A model generated the notes under the pieces. The model was not told the DNA's origin. It was given only the letters and a program-made list of their open reading frames with translations, and did no database searches. From Craspedostauros australis (Eukaryota): a stretch of 47,751 nt of DNA. Below, piece after piece: positions 12,601-24,289 of this stretch. The stretch is taken from positions 1-47,751 of the forward strand of contig JALAGF010004490.1 in the NCBI GenBank assembly GCA_030167865.1. Reading direction: 5' to 3'. The translations under genes were made by a program, and so were the position numbers. Position 1 is the first letter of the stretch; every line of letters begins with the position of its first letter.

Positions 12601-14635
12601 CTCGGTGTGCGTACTCGTGATATTTGGCGCCAACGGCAAACGCACGAACCGTGAACAGGACATTGACTCCACAGTGAGATCCTTCCTCTCCACCGCCAAC
12701 AGCGCTGGCACCAGCGTTCTTGGTAAGCCAGCGTCGCCGCAGAAATTGGCGCTCGATTGGGTCCAGGGCGATCGCATCTCCAAACAGCGGGTCAACAGAA
12801 ACAACGATCGATTCCTGCAACGCTACGCCTTGGCATCGCTGTGGCATGCGACCTCCGGAGATTCGTGGGACAAGTCCTACGGCTTCCTCTCCAACACGGA
12901 CGAATGTGACTGGTATTTGGATGACGATCGCGGCATCAAATGCGACGACGATGGTTACGTGACTGGGATTCGATTGGGTACGTTGTGGACCGAGATGCGT
13001 CATGTTACACTGCGCCATGCTATGCGAAGCTGTGCTCCTTTGTGTCGTACATCCTCGCACTGCATTGCACTGCACTTTACTGCACAACAAAATCCTCACA
13101 CTGCAAACTCTGCTGATGCGCCCATTGTGAACTTCTACCACTATCATACTATGATACAATCAATACTATCTAATGCTGACCTCACAGCCAACAACGGTCT
13201 CAACGGAGAACTGCCGCAGGAGATATCACACATTGCAACGCTGGAGGCTCTGGTGGTGCAGAGCAACACACTGGTGGGAACCCTGCCGACTTTTGAAGCA
13301 ACCCCGAATTTGGCGACGCTGGATGTTGGCCACAACTTCATGCGGGGAAAGATTGCATTGATGATGACGACCATCACCAATTTGGAGACGCTGGATCTCT
13401 CCTCCAACATTTTCTCCGGGACCATGCCGTCCGACATCAACACCCTCACGAAACTTCGATCAATCTCGGTCGGTCACAACCGCCTCGGCGGTTCTTTGGA
13501 TGCTCTGTTCCAATCGGGCACAAAAAACGGCATCAAGGAGCTGCAGGTGCTCAACGCCACGAACAACCTGTTTGGCGGCAACGTATCAACGCTGATTGAA
13601 GGTCTCGCCATGGTCGATGCGGAGGCAAGCCAACTTGAGACGCTGGACATCTCATCGAACAGCTTCGTTGGGAGCTTTCCCGCGACCCTTGGCGGCTTGG
13701 CAAGTATGAAGGTGTTTAATTTTGCTGAAAACCAAATTGCTGGGAGTTTGCCGAATGCCGTCGGTGCGCTGCGACACCTGAAGCAGCTGCACGGTGACAG
13801 GAATAGGATGACGGGTCCATTTCCGTGGGAGAGCTTCCTATCGGCCGGTTCCGAGGCAGCCGCGTTGCAACACGTCACACTCGCAGAGAACTACATCCAA
13901 GGGTCTTTTCCGTCGGGCATTGGCGCGCTGAAATCCCTCCAGGAGATTGACTTTGAAAGCAATCACCTGACGGGAGAGCTGCCATCATCCATTGGCGGGT
14001 TGCTGGTCTTGAAGACCATGCAGCTGTCGCGCAATCGGATAACCGGCGAGATTCCCACGGCCATTGGAGAACTGTACGAGTTGGAACGTCTGGACGTGTC
14101 GTCGAACCGATTGGGTGGCATGATCCCTTCCGAGATTGGAAATTTGAATCGTTTGACCCAGCTTGACTTGAACAGCAACAAGTTGACCGGCAGCACGCCG
14201 CCGCAGATGAGACGGTTGGCCCGTTTGAGTGAGTTTTTGTACAGTTTCGTGGTTTTCATTCCGAGCGCGTTGCCTGATGCTGTGGCTGGAGTATCCCTGC
14301 ATGAAGCTGAGACGCATGCATCGGCACTCGTCCCATCACAACTACGATGCCACGTCGTACATTCCAATCGCTAACGCATCCAATCTCTGCCCATTCTCCT
14401 CGCACGCACCCGTACAACACGCACACAAACCCCCGGCACCGCACTCGACTATCCGTGTGCAGATCTGGTCAACCTGTATGATAATGAGATGGAGGGCGAA
14501 ATTGAGGGATTGTGCGAGATCACGCCCAAGCCTCTGATTGCAGCAGACTGCGGAGGTCCCAACGCGCGCGTTCGATGCCGGTGCTGCACCATCTGCTTCG
14601 ACGGCGCCGAAAACAACTCCACGCAGCGCGCATAA
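9674..14635 (+). CDS. Diatom-type type-II membrane leucine-rich-repeat (receptor-like) protein, about 1505 aa, 3 exons
   Basis: Exons 9674-12977, 13188-14228, 14463-14635. Phase-1 introns GTACGT..CTCACAG (210 nt) and GTGAGT..GTGCAG (234 nt). Long S/N/Q/D-rich N-terminus, one TM helix (WVYLVALLMFVTATVGISVCVLVIFG), cap SPQKLALDW...QRYALASLWHATSGDSW...ECDW...GIKC, plant-type LRRs (LxxLdLssNxLxGxIP) and a C-terminal ADC...CRCCTIC motif in exon 3, which the ORF track misses. Confidence 0.9.
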
Positions 14636-15546
14636 TTGGTTCGCCGAACCTTCTCGTAAAGCACACCCACACACAACCATACGTATAGTAGGTATCTATG
14701 CTCGTAAGTAGAGTTTCTGCATGGCGCCCGATCGCCAGTGACTACAATTGGACGAATGCAATCCATCGCGGCAACACGCAGCATGCCGCTGAACGCCGAA
14801 TAACTTGAAATTAACCTCCAGGAGTTCTTGTACAGCCGTGCCTCCAGGTCTCGCGAAATACCATGTACCAGAGTAGACACCCCTCCTCATCGGTGCATCC
14901 TACCGTTGCGATTCATTACTCATTCGTCACAGTAGTGCTGGCACCTGCACCAGCTACGTGCTTTTGCCTTTTCTCTCTGCGCTGCGCACAGAACGCACAA
15001 CAACAAGCCATATCTAGCTTTATGTTCATAGCGTGCCGTGACAACCATGAAATAATTTCAGGAAATCTGAACATTTCGATATTTCGTCCCATTCAGAATA
15101 TAAGGCCTAAGTAAGCCCTGTTATCGGCATAGACTTGAAATAAGATAGAGCAAGAACTCTCTCCAATCTTCGCGTACGTAGTCCGTGCAGACTCGAAGCG
15201 CATGCATGCTCACAAAATCCGAGTGATCATTCATCGCATCATTCTCCCCTGTCAGCCACCCATCTTGTCAACTATTCTACAAGGATGCGGAAACAGCAAT
15301 ATCCTTGCTAGGTGTACGTCGGAGCTATGGTACTCCTACAAGAGTTTTCTATTGTTATATTGCAGTTTATAAGGTGCAATGAAGTCAGGTTTCGATAGCG
15401 ATTGACCTCTTGCATGTTCGTATAGTATTATACTAGTAGAGCAAAGCAAATCCGCAACAATCAATCGAGTTGCCTCCGTATGTCAGAGGCCTGTGCTGCT
15501 GTATGGTTCATTCTCAAAATTGTCGCAGTTCGACTCAAATTGAGCT

Positions 15547-17616
15547 TCATCGCTCAGATGCTGCGTGGTGCTTGCCAGTATTGCCGCTTCCGCCTGGAGC
15601 CGCAGTGAAGTTGGATCGTTGGGCTCCCATGCCCATTCCAATCGAGATATTGACTGGATGCAGACGCACCGCGTAGGAGCTCACGCCCTGTTGTGGCGTC
15701 TTCGCGTCTTGCATGACGACCAGCACCTCGATCTGGCAGAAAATGTGCGATGTGGTATTTCGTTTTCGCACTTTGAACTTGACAATGTCCTCGCGACTAA
15801 AAATGCCGTAGAGGGTGGGACATGAGACCATCGTCGGACGTATGCAACCATCGAGGACGATCAGATCGAAGAAGGTTTGTCCCACCACGTCATCCCCAAG
15901 AAGCGCCGTGGCACCGGCGCTTGCCATCCAGACCCTGTACGGAAACGAGCTGAGTGTGAGCAGTCTGGAAGTTGGGGCATTGTCGTGGAAGCGCGCATTC
16001 AGATTAGGTGAATGATGGTTGAATGAAATAACAAAAAAGAAAATGAATGGTGTGAATGGAGACGAGACACACGAAACGAATGAGCGCAATGGCGGTGCAC
16101 GTGCATACCAATCGGACACAATGATAGTGGAGCATGCAAGTGTGTCGTTCGAATGAAGAATTGAACGTGTAGAGTGGAATCATCGCAAATGATGGAGTGC
16201 AATGAGAGTGTTAGCGCATACAAATCATGTGCCATATAATATTAAGGTAGAGATGAGGAAGAAACCCTGCATTCCGAGTTGGCAGTGGCAAATGACACCA
16301 ATGCTGACCACGCATCCCAGAAACAATGATGTGTCAAGTGCGCCCAGCAGCATGGATAGAATTGCACAACCGCTGTGCAGAAGAGGTGATTGAGACGAGA
16401 CGCAAAGGACATCGTATGACATCCATGCGAGTACTTACATTGACCCCTGCTTTTGCATCTCCTGAACTTCTTTGTTCGTGATACGAGGAGCTGACGAAAG
16501 CAAGTTGGCCCGCTGATTGGACGGTATCCTGTTGGACAGATTGGCCAAGGATAGGAAGTGATTAGGTGGTGCGTGTCGAGGCTGCGACAGAAGATTGAGC
16601 GTGTTGTGCAGTAGGATTGGAGTTGCAGCTCCCGCGGGCGCGGATGGTGACCCTGCGCTGGCTGCAGCCAGGGCTGATCCTGATCGCGGTGGCGATGGTT
16701 GTTCGGGCAGTGATGCCGGTGCTCCTGGTGACGACGGCAACGGTGGCTGCATCCGGGCGAGCGCCGACGGGAGTGACTGTTGTTCTTGGTCTTGTTCTTG
16801 TTGTTGACGATGGTGTTGTGATGATGCAACGTGTCGCGGCGGCGTGGATACTTGTGATTGTGGATGAGGAAGTATTTGACCATGGCTATGCACGTGTGTA
16901 TGTCCGTGTCCGTGTCCGTGTCCTTGCTCGCGCTCGTGCTTGTCTTCAGCCTCATGCCGATGTGTCTGCATTTGCATCTGAGCCGGATGGTGTGCTTGCT
17001 GCAAGATGGGAGCCGGTGGAGGCATCGATCCTGTGGGTGGGTGATTCGGTTGGATGGGAGCGGTTGGACTGGGATGTGCTGCTGGCTTTGTGGGTCGTTG
17101 TGGATGGGCGAGATTGATTGCCGACTGCGTCTCTGACGGTGTTGATTGCGATTGCACTTTCTCCTGTCTGATCTGTTCGCTCGTCAGCAACAGCAACTGC
17201 TCCATCCAGAAATTTTGAGAGGCAGGTTGTGCTCGTCTTCTCTTGACATTTGCATCGTCCGTACTGGCGTGGTGACTCGCCGTCGCAGTCGCAGCCGTAG
17301 CCGCTGACGAAGACGAAGACGCTTGGTTGTCAGCGTGCCGTTGGGTTTGAGAGTGAGAATGAGCCGGTAGTCCTGCAGCCCGCGATGGACTCTGATGAAC
17401 CTCATGAGGCAAGAAGCTCAATTGTGCGACTGGGTGCTCTTGGTGCTGGTGGCTCTGGACGCCCACGACGTGCTCATCATCTTCGCCTTGACTGCCAGTC
17501 CTTGTACGATGGCTGGCGTCCTGCTCGGCAGATGATGCCCCTGCACGTTCAAGATCGCCCCTTGTCCGCTTTGCATGTTTCTTCTTGTTCTTCTTGGTGT
17601 TGGGGACTGATGGCAT
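15547..17616 (-). CDS. Q/H/P-rich, probably nuclear protein with a C-terminal PAS-like domain, about 531 aa, 2 exons
   Basis: Exons 17616-16439 and 15964-15547; phase-2 intron GTAAGT...TTCCAG (16438-15965, 474 nt) gives QKQGS-I-LLTLSSFPYRVWMASAGATALLGDDVVGQTFFDLI, which matches the PAS start pattern (hydrophobic strand, P-F/Y-R-I/V, then LLG...VVG..FFDLI). N-terminal KKNKKKHAKR is NLS-like. Confidence 0.7.
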
Positions 17617-18065
17617 TTGGACGTTCTGATGATCTCATGTCGAGTGTAGCATACAGTATAGCGTTGAGGACCGTCGAGGCGAGTGCACAAACAGCAGCCT
17701 ACGAGTATGACTGGTGGATGTGATGATCTTCTTTGCGTTTCGTTGGTCGCCACTTGACGAGTGCGAGTAGGTCCCTGTACTCGACTCTGCTCGATGGGAT
17801 TGTGCGTCTTGATGTGCGTCTTGATGTGTCGCGCCGTGTATTTTTGTGTTGCTCTGTTGCTATTTCGGTGTGCCCAGCTATTGTTGTGATGTGTGCTATT
17901 GATGGTGCTGAGAACTACACGCTGCTGTTTCTCCTGGTATTTCTCGTACGGAAAGCAGCATCAGGAATCAATTCGATGGTCACTGGTAATGATGCTTGCG
18001 ATTGTGTTCGTGCCGAAGTTCACGCTGGTAATCGTGGGCGTGAAGTAGCAGTAGCAGGAGTACTT

Positions 18066-18078
18066 GTTGTTGTTGTTT

Positions 18079-18114
<36 letters not shown>

Positions 18115-18116
18115 TT
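18066..18116 (+). repeat. Compound (GTT)n/(GCT)10 microsatellite in intergenic DNA
   Basis: gttgttgttgttttt followed by (gct)10 and gttgtt. Confidence 0.9.
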
Positions 18117-19099
18117 ATCACAAGGATGTGCTGATACGAGTTCTCCTGTTGTTTGCGAGTATCGGCATGCAGGTTGATGTGTGATGGGAGGCAGCTGATG
18201 TGGCGAGAAACACCAATGCCATCAAGGAAATGCAAAACCAGAAGCAATGGTCATTGTGCTTTGGAGAGGAGCACCAGCAACACGACGATCACATCGTCGT
18301 CGTCATCATCGTCCGCGTCGCAACCAAGCAATTTGCAAGGTTTTTGTTGTTGCCGACACAGTCTCCACCAAGCATTGGTACACAATGATGGTGATGACGA
18401 TGCAAGGTTCTTGGACGATGTTGGCGCCTCATGTCAGCACAAAATGGATATCCGTCACTGTTGCGGGTTTTCCCATCACACGCGGAGGTGGCACGACTTC
18501 AAGTTTTCGAAATGGATTGGATTCTTTTGTGAATACCAGACGACATGGTCTTGTTATGGTGCGAGTGCTGGATGGCTTAGTTGAACTAAATAAATCAAAT
18601 ATGACGTCGGATGGTGCTTGTACACGTCATATCGACGCACCAATCAAATACGTCCAAACATCGACGTCATCATGTCTCAACAGACACAGAACACCCGCAG
18701 CCACGAAACCATCTGCAAGCTGGTGCGGTGTCGTTTCGGTCATGTCTGATGTGTTGCCGATGCGTCGCCGTGGCCAACGACAACGAAGCAAGGCCCCAAC
18801 TCACGTACGAAACCGTGAAAACGCTATTCCAAAGTTGTAGGCGAGCCTGCCATGCTCCATCCCCATCTTCTTGTGCTCTTCGTGCAATACACAAACAGAA
18901 GGAAGCAAACTATTCGACCACGATCAAAACGCAATTCTCACTCTCGACACATCAGCGACAGGTGTCGCACAAGCTCGACACATACATGGTTGCTGGCTCA
19001 TCCAGGCTCTCTTCGTGGCCACTCGAAACAAGCGTGTCTTCGATGTGAGGACGAGTTGGATTGTAGTACACATTGTTGCGTTGCACATTGTTACGTCAC

Positions 19100-20080
19100 A
19101 CTGGCGGAAGCACCAACAACACGAGCAGCAGGAACCTTCGCAGAGGTAGAACGCCAACAGGTTGAACTCCAAGCAAGGGTGTCAGAGGTTCAGCGAAATG
19201 CTGTGCTATGACGAGGATGGGGATGTCACTCGAAACCACGTTGCAGGGAACTCCCTCGGAAGAATACCAATGCGACCACCGTGGCAGACGAACCAGGGAC
19301 TGTGAACTGGCATCGCGTTGGTCACTACGACAAGAATCAACAGCGATAATACCAGGAACGACATCAACGACGACGGCGCTCGTTTGGCGACACAGTGCAC
19401 ACGGGAGATCCACAACATGCTTCGATTGAGCGAAGACTCCGAACGCCGTCGACGATATCAAAAGTGAGATATTTTACTCCACAATTTGCGCACGCTGGTA
19501 CGCGAGTACTGCTTGCGATGCCTAACATATTATACCTCACAGCGTGTACTACGTCACCACAGAATATGATGAGCTCACGATGAATGGAGAGAAGGATTGC
19601 TGCGGAGCCCAAAAGCTCCATGGACGCCGCATCGCCATGGCGCTCGGAAATGGCAGCATCAAACTTTGATGGTAGAGTATTGTATTCTATTGGAATACAT
19701 ATTATTGTATCAGTAGAGGACCAGATCATCAAGTTTGGCACGACAGGACTCGCACGAGGGCTGTTCTTCGCAGATCAATCATCTCTGCCATCAATCGTGC
19801 CGAGGTTGCTGTGATGGCCAAGAGGATGTCCATCACCATTGTCGTGAAAGTGAAATGGATGGTGAGAGTCGTCCCGTGCTGTGATTTGCCGCGCACCTGC
19901 GAATTCGCACGATCACATGGATGCCTGTCTGCTCAGATTGGCAGATCACCGTCGAATGCTGTCGTGCTTTCAATCCCCGACGCCAATTGGATATCGTTCG
20001 CTAGAATCGCATTCACAAGCATATCCACGCCGACTTCACAGAGAAGAACGACTTCAGATACCAAAAGATCGCTGATCTGA
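19100..20080 (+). pseudogene. Probable decayed copy of a diatom multicopy hypothetical (HNH-like/Crinkler-type) gene
   Basis: Collinear protein-like fragments across frameshifts and stops: coiled coil FAEVERQQVELQARVSEVQR; INDDGARLATQCTREIHNMLRLS (about 19360); DDIKSEIF; FAH/LV/ASTACDA*HIIPHS (19485-19543); QKLHG; FFADQSSLPSIVP (about 19764); KW/DGES/RAVIC (about 19853-19889). The family resemblance is from recalled motif order, not from a search. Confidence 0.4.
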
Positions 20081-20912
20081 CACAATCACCAAACCAATCA
20101 ATCACATTTGATCGGATCGCACGATGTGAAGGATACGACTAGGATCGCCACCTCTGTCAACTCCCACCCACGTGGGCGTACGCGTGCTCCATGATACCAG
20201 AGAGCAGGCACAGGTGAAAAGCGAAGTGCGCGGTGCGCTGGAATAGTAACCGGGAGTGCGCTCCTGTTCTTGGTCGAGAGAGTGCGTGTCTGGACATCAG
20301 CATCACGAAATGGATCTTCGTTTCTTTCTTTTTGGACCCCCAAAAGGAGGAAAAAATGAGCTTCTTGATCAGAATTCTGCTCACGAGGTAGCAATTTTCG
20401 CTCACGATCCAGATCTGAGCTGAGAATCATGTCACATGTTGCAGTCGTTAATCAACGAGGCACAAAACAGATTGCGGGAGGATTCAGCTGCGTTATTCGT
20501 TTGCGCCACCAGTACTAGAATGGAGAGATCGATGTCGTGCTGTATGTCTGTCGTTAAGTGAACGGTGTGTCGCATCGACAGTTTCGTTTGACTCGTGGCT
20601 GGTCGACAATCAGCCACGACACAGAACAGGCGCAAACGGTCACAAACAGGCACCAAGAATCACACCAAACCCGACCCACACAAACAAGGCGCCCACATCA
20701 ACTGGAACGGTAACGATCACGTGACACAAACTTGGCTTGGCTCAACGAGAACCATCATCGACGGCAGCTTTCGATCACAAAATCCAACTCCACCAAAGCC
20801 ACATCAACAACAGCGCTCCCTCCACTCGTAGTCACAACACAATCAGCTCCATTTTGACACCTCAATCCTCGCACACACAATCATTTTGCACTCTCCTATA
20901 CATACCATCACC

Positions 20913-21686
20913 ATGATCCACCACCTGTCCCCCATCCCTCAGCCCAAGCAAGTGCGCATGAGCGCTCCGCTGTCGCCGGTGCCCACATACCGCAAGTCTC
21001 CGAAGCAGAAGACGCCTTCGCAAAGACCTTCCCAAGAGCCCGCACCCGCATACACCCAGCAACAGGAACAGCAGGAACCCCCGCGCCGTCCCAAATGCGT
21101 TCGATTCTCCACAATCAAAGTCTTCGAAATGCCGGTCATCCTGGGCGACAACCCTTGCGCGTCGAGCGGTTGCCCCATCACGATCGATTGGACGCCGCAA
21201 CGACGCTCGTGCATCCCGCTGGACTACTTCGAATCGCACCGCCCCCAACGACGCTGCAAGGCCCAGCTGCGCATCTCCGCCGCGGGCCGCCGCAAGATTC
21301 TGATGCGTGCCGGCGTGACGGCCAGCGAGATGCAGGCCAGCATGCAGGCGGCGATGCGCGTGCAGAAGCAGCGCTTCACCTCGATCCGGGCCCAACGCCG
21401 CGTGCCGGGTCTCTGTTTGGGATTGCGCAGCGCGCGGTCGCGACATGGCTCCGCAGCATCCTCCAAACCCACCATGACATTCATCGAACGCAGACGACGA
21501 GACGCAAACGCGCAGCTGGTGTGGAAACGATGCACGGCAACGCCCGTGAAGAACACATCGCACGCAAAGCAGATGCTGGTCCTGCAGCACAGGATGAATC
21601 GCACGAGCATATCGAGAAGGACCGGTTCGCCCAAGACGCACCAGCGCCTCGCTTCGTTGCATCCTCTGTACGCGTGCAGTCGCTGA
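20913..21686 (+). CDS. Hypothetical protein of the stramenopile-expanded 'VxF...LGDNP...GxPITIxW' family, 257 aa, single exon
   Basis: First ATG at 20913; motif KCVRFSTIKVFEMPVILGDNPCASSGCPITIDW...LDYFESHR...LRISAAGRRKILMRAG. KCVRF fits the RVxF PP1-docking consensus. Confidence 0.8.
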   Translation: MIHHLSPIPQPKQVRMSAPLSPVPTYRKSPKQKTPSQRPSQEPAPAYTQQQEQQEPPRRPKCVRFSTIKVFEMPVILGDNPCASSGCPITIDWTPQRRSCIPLDYFESHRPQRRCKAQLRISAAGRRKILMRAGVTASEMQASMQAAMRVQKQRFTSIRAQRRVPGLCLGLRSARSRHGSAASSKPTMTFIERRRRDANAQLVWKRCTATPVKNTSHAKQMLVLQHRMNRTSISRRTGSPKTHQRLASLHPLYACSR

Positions 21687-22494
21687 ACGAGCATGCTGCG
21701 AGACGGGGAATCAATTTCGGCCTCGATGGTCACAAACAAGAGGGAAAGGATGCAAACAATATGGTGCGCCATGAGTTCGCATAGGGCACTGCAACAATTG
21801 TATAATAGAACATCATTGAGTGTATACAGCTATTATACAATCCATTTTACTTTCTGTGTGTCGGATTGGATTGGTTGGCATTGCCTGTGCAGCGTGCAGA
21901 GTAGAGCGAGAGGGTGATCAGTTTGGACTTGCCACAACAAGATAGGCTGAAAACAAAAATAAACGATACCACTGTAAAGATACTATTCAGGCTTGCACAT
22001 ACATACCATTGTTGTGGTACCCAAGTGTCGAAACGGAAAGGCGCAAAACAACACGAGTTGATGAAGAAGCCAACCGAGAAACCAGGTCAAGCAGACATTC
22101 GTGTACAATGACAAGAGGAGGAGGCAGCATACTTACCGTTCCACAACTACTCTACGACTACTCATAAGCACAAGCGTTGGGCCATTGAGACCATTGCCAT
22201 CATCCAACACAGCACAATACAACTGGAGGAGCCTTCGCAGACCATAGAACAGATCGTACCATCCCCTGTGACGAGACTTGCGAGACAATAGCTGAACAAC
22301 AAGTGGAGTTGAGCTGAGTGGACAGATTGAGGCAAGACCAAACGCGAAAACAGGTTGATCGTGGGAGACCATCGCTCTGCTAGACTTACTAGACTTACTA
22401 GAGTACAGATTGCACCAGAGTATAGCATAGCACAGCATAGCAAAGCATAGCATTCGATTCTGACAGAAGTCGCCAGGCAACATCAACAACACTC

Positions 22495-22588
22495 GCAACA
22501 ATATCAACAGCAATATCAACAGCAATAGCAACAGCAACAGCAATAGCAACAGCAATAGCAACAGCAATAGCAACAATAGCAACAACAG
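22495..22588 (+). repeat. Hexamer-periodic (CAAYAG/CAATAT) tandem array immediately 5' of the Dsc3-like start codon
   Basis: caatatcaacagcaatatcaacagcaatagcaacagcaacagcaatag... ends a few nt before ATG 22592; an in-frame TAG at 22577-22579 shows it is not an N-terminal extension. Further short repeats at about 22380 (ctagactta) and 22422-22452 (atagc). Confidence 0.85.
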
Positions 22589-22591
22589 ACA

Positions 22592-23857
22592 ATGTTGAAA
22601 GCAGACAGCGATGACGAATTCGATCTGGAGATGGGACCAGCGGAAACGTTGGAACTGAGGATCAAGAGCTTCATCTTGGGCCCCAACAGCGATCTGCCCA
22701 TCCGCGTGCATGCGCAGGCGCAGGTCGCCATCCTCAAGGACATCGTCAAGCGGCGGCTGCTGCAGATGGAGGCCGATTCCAACAAATCGCAGGCTGCAGA
22801 GGACAGCGACCGCTACATCCGTCTCATCTGCAAAGGCAAGCTGCTGGCGCCCGATTCCGCCTCGCTTTCGGAGTTCTCGATGCAGTCCGACGATGTTGTG
22901 CATGCGGTTCTTGCGGCGCAGGGTGTGCGGGGTGGACAGCAGGCTGCTTTGTCGAGGGCGACGCCGCTTGCCGCCAGCGAGGTCTCCGCCATCAGTGGTG
23001 GACGCAACAGCAGTAACAACAACGGCAACAACAACACCAGCAGCAGCAACAACAACAGCAGCGGCAGAACCAACGGAACCTCCATGGCCCAATCCATAGC
23101 CTCCTCGATCCTGACGGGCACGCAACGCAGAAGGACGGGCGTCGTCATTGGCCCCGGCGGCAGGGTCCTGCGAACGCATCGTGCCGGGGACAGCGATGAC
23201 GACGACGACGGTGACAGCGACAGCGATGACAGCAACCACGCTGGCACAAGCCGCCGCCGCAACAACGCCATATCATCCAGCAACCGCAATGCATCGCGCC
23301 ACATGGGATTCGACCGCCTGCGCACGTCGGGATTGAGCCGCGCCCAGATCCGCGTCATCCGGACCTACTTCTCGCGCAGCGTCGATCGTCACATCCAGCA
23401 GCATCCCAACGATCATCTCGACGAGCCCGATCTCATGCGCCGCCGTCTTCTCATGGAGGAGGATTGGATGTCGCTGCAGGGGCCCACGTCAGATTTTCGT
23501 ATCAATCTCAATCAATCCGCGGCGTTTCTAAGGTATTCTGGTTCCAACAACAACAACAATAACAACGACACGCGCATGCGTTCCACGGCGGTCGGCAACG
23601 ACCGGGACTTCGTGTGGGGATTCTTCCTGGGATTCTTCTTCGGATTCATCATGCTGCTATGGGTCTGGATGCCGACGGTGCCGCACAAGCAGAAGATCGG
23701 CATCCTCACGGGCATATCCTTCCAGCTCGCCATGAACGTCTTTCAGCAGCAGGAGGATATCGATCAGGCCGGTCCCATATCGTCCTCCAACTTCGCGGAT
23801 GGCAACAATCTCATGGAGGAAACCAATTTTGAACAGGATTATGCCGGTATGGGGTGA
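22592..23857 (+). CDS. DSC3: Dsc3-like protein (DSC E3 ubiquitin ligase complex subunit 3; ubiquitin-like domain plus C-terminal DUF2407_C-type membrane domain)
   Basis: N-terminal ubiquitin-like fold (YIRLICKGKLL...SLSEFSMQSDDVVHAVL); C-terminal GFDRLRTSGLSRAQIRVIRTYF, EEDWM and DFVWGFFLGFFFGFIMLLWVW, the characteristic Dsc3 C-domain; single exon, 421 aa. Confidence 0.85.
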   Translation: MLKADSDDEFDLEMGPAETLELRIKSFILGPNSDLPIRVHAQAQVAILKDIVKRRLLQMEADSNKSQAAEDSDRYIRLICKGKLLAPDSASLSEFSMQSDDVVHAVLAAQGVRGGQQAALSRATPLAASEVSAISGGRNSSNNNGNNNTSSSNNNSSGRTNGTSMAQSIASSILTGTQRRRTGVVIGPGGRVLRTHRAGDSDDDDDGDSDSDDSNHAGTSRRRNNAISSSNRNASRHMGFDRLRTSGLSRAQIRVIRTYFSRSVDRHIQQHPNDHLDEPDLMRRRLLMEEDWMSLQGPTSDFRINLNQSAAFLRYSGSNNNNNNNDTRMRSTAVGNDRDFVWGFFLGFFFGFIMLLWVWMPTVPHKQKIGILTGISFQLAMNVFQQQEDIDQAGPISSSNFADGNNLMEETNFEQDYAGMG

Positions 23858-24289
23858 CCTGTCATCTGCGCGGCACCAGCGATGGTTTGCAGGATGTCAT
23901 GAAGGGAGGGAAATGAAGAGTGTAATGCCACGCATGGAAATCAGCGCACTGCGACAACTCATAGCGCTGCGATAACGATGGAACAACAGACAAGTCATGA
24001 CACAAGCTCACGCCATAATCGTAATCGTAGCGCGACAGCTATTACCCGCACGTTCTTACTCTCCACGACCATAACAGGCGTACCGAGCAAACCGCGGGAG
24101 AATTGTGTATGACAAAGTCGTGTGTTGTGGGCATCGGCGTGGCAAAGTGGAAAAGCTATTGAATGTTCGCGCTTGCACTCTATTCCAACGACGCGGAGTA
24201 CCATGCGACGGTACCTGGGACTGCGGCTGCGACTGCGACTACCCATTGCACTGCTGAAGTCTCCTCCGCCGTATTCGCATCTGCCTTAC

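Noticed and set aside
9674-14374. Single-exon 1566-aa (and 1096-aa, 31597..34887) LRR proteins as given by the ORF track
   Set aside because: Both read through a stop-free intron and end inside a second intron; the spliced models restore the LRR register and the C-terminal CxCC exon.
19364-19741. Minus-strand ORF resembling a non-LTR retrotransposon RNase H (MELLGSAAILLSI...IIFCGD)
   Set aside because: No properly spaced upstream DGS motif and no RT fragments; the + strand pseudogene reading explains more motifs.
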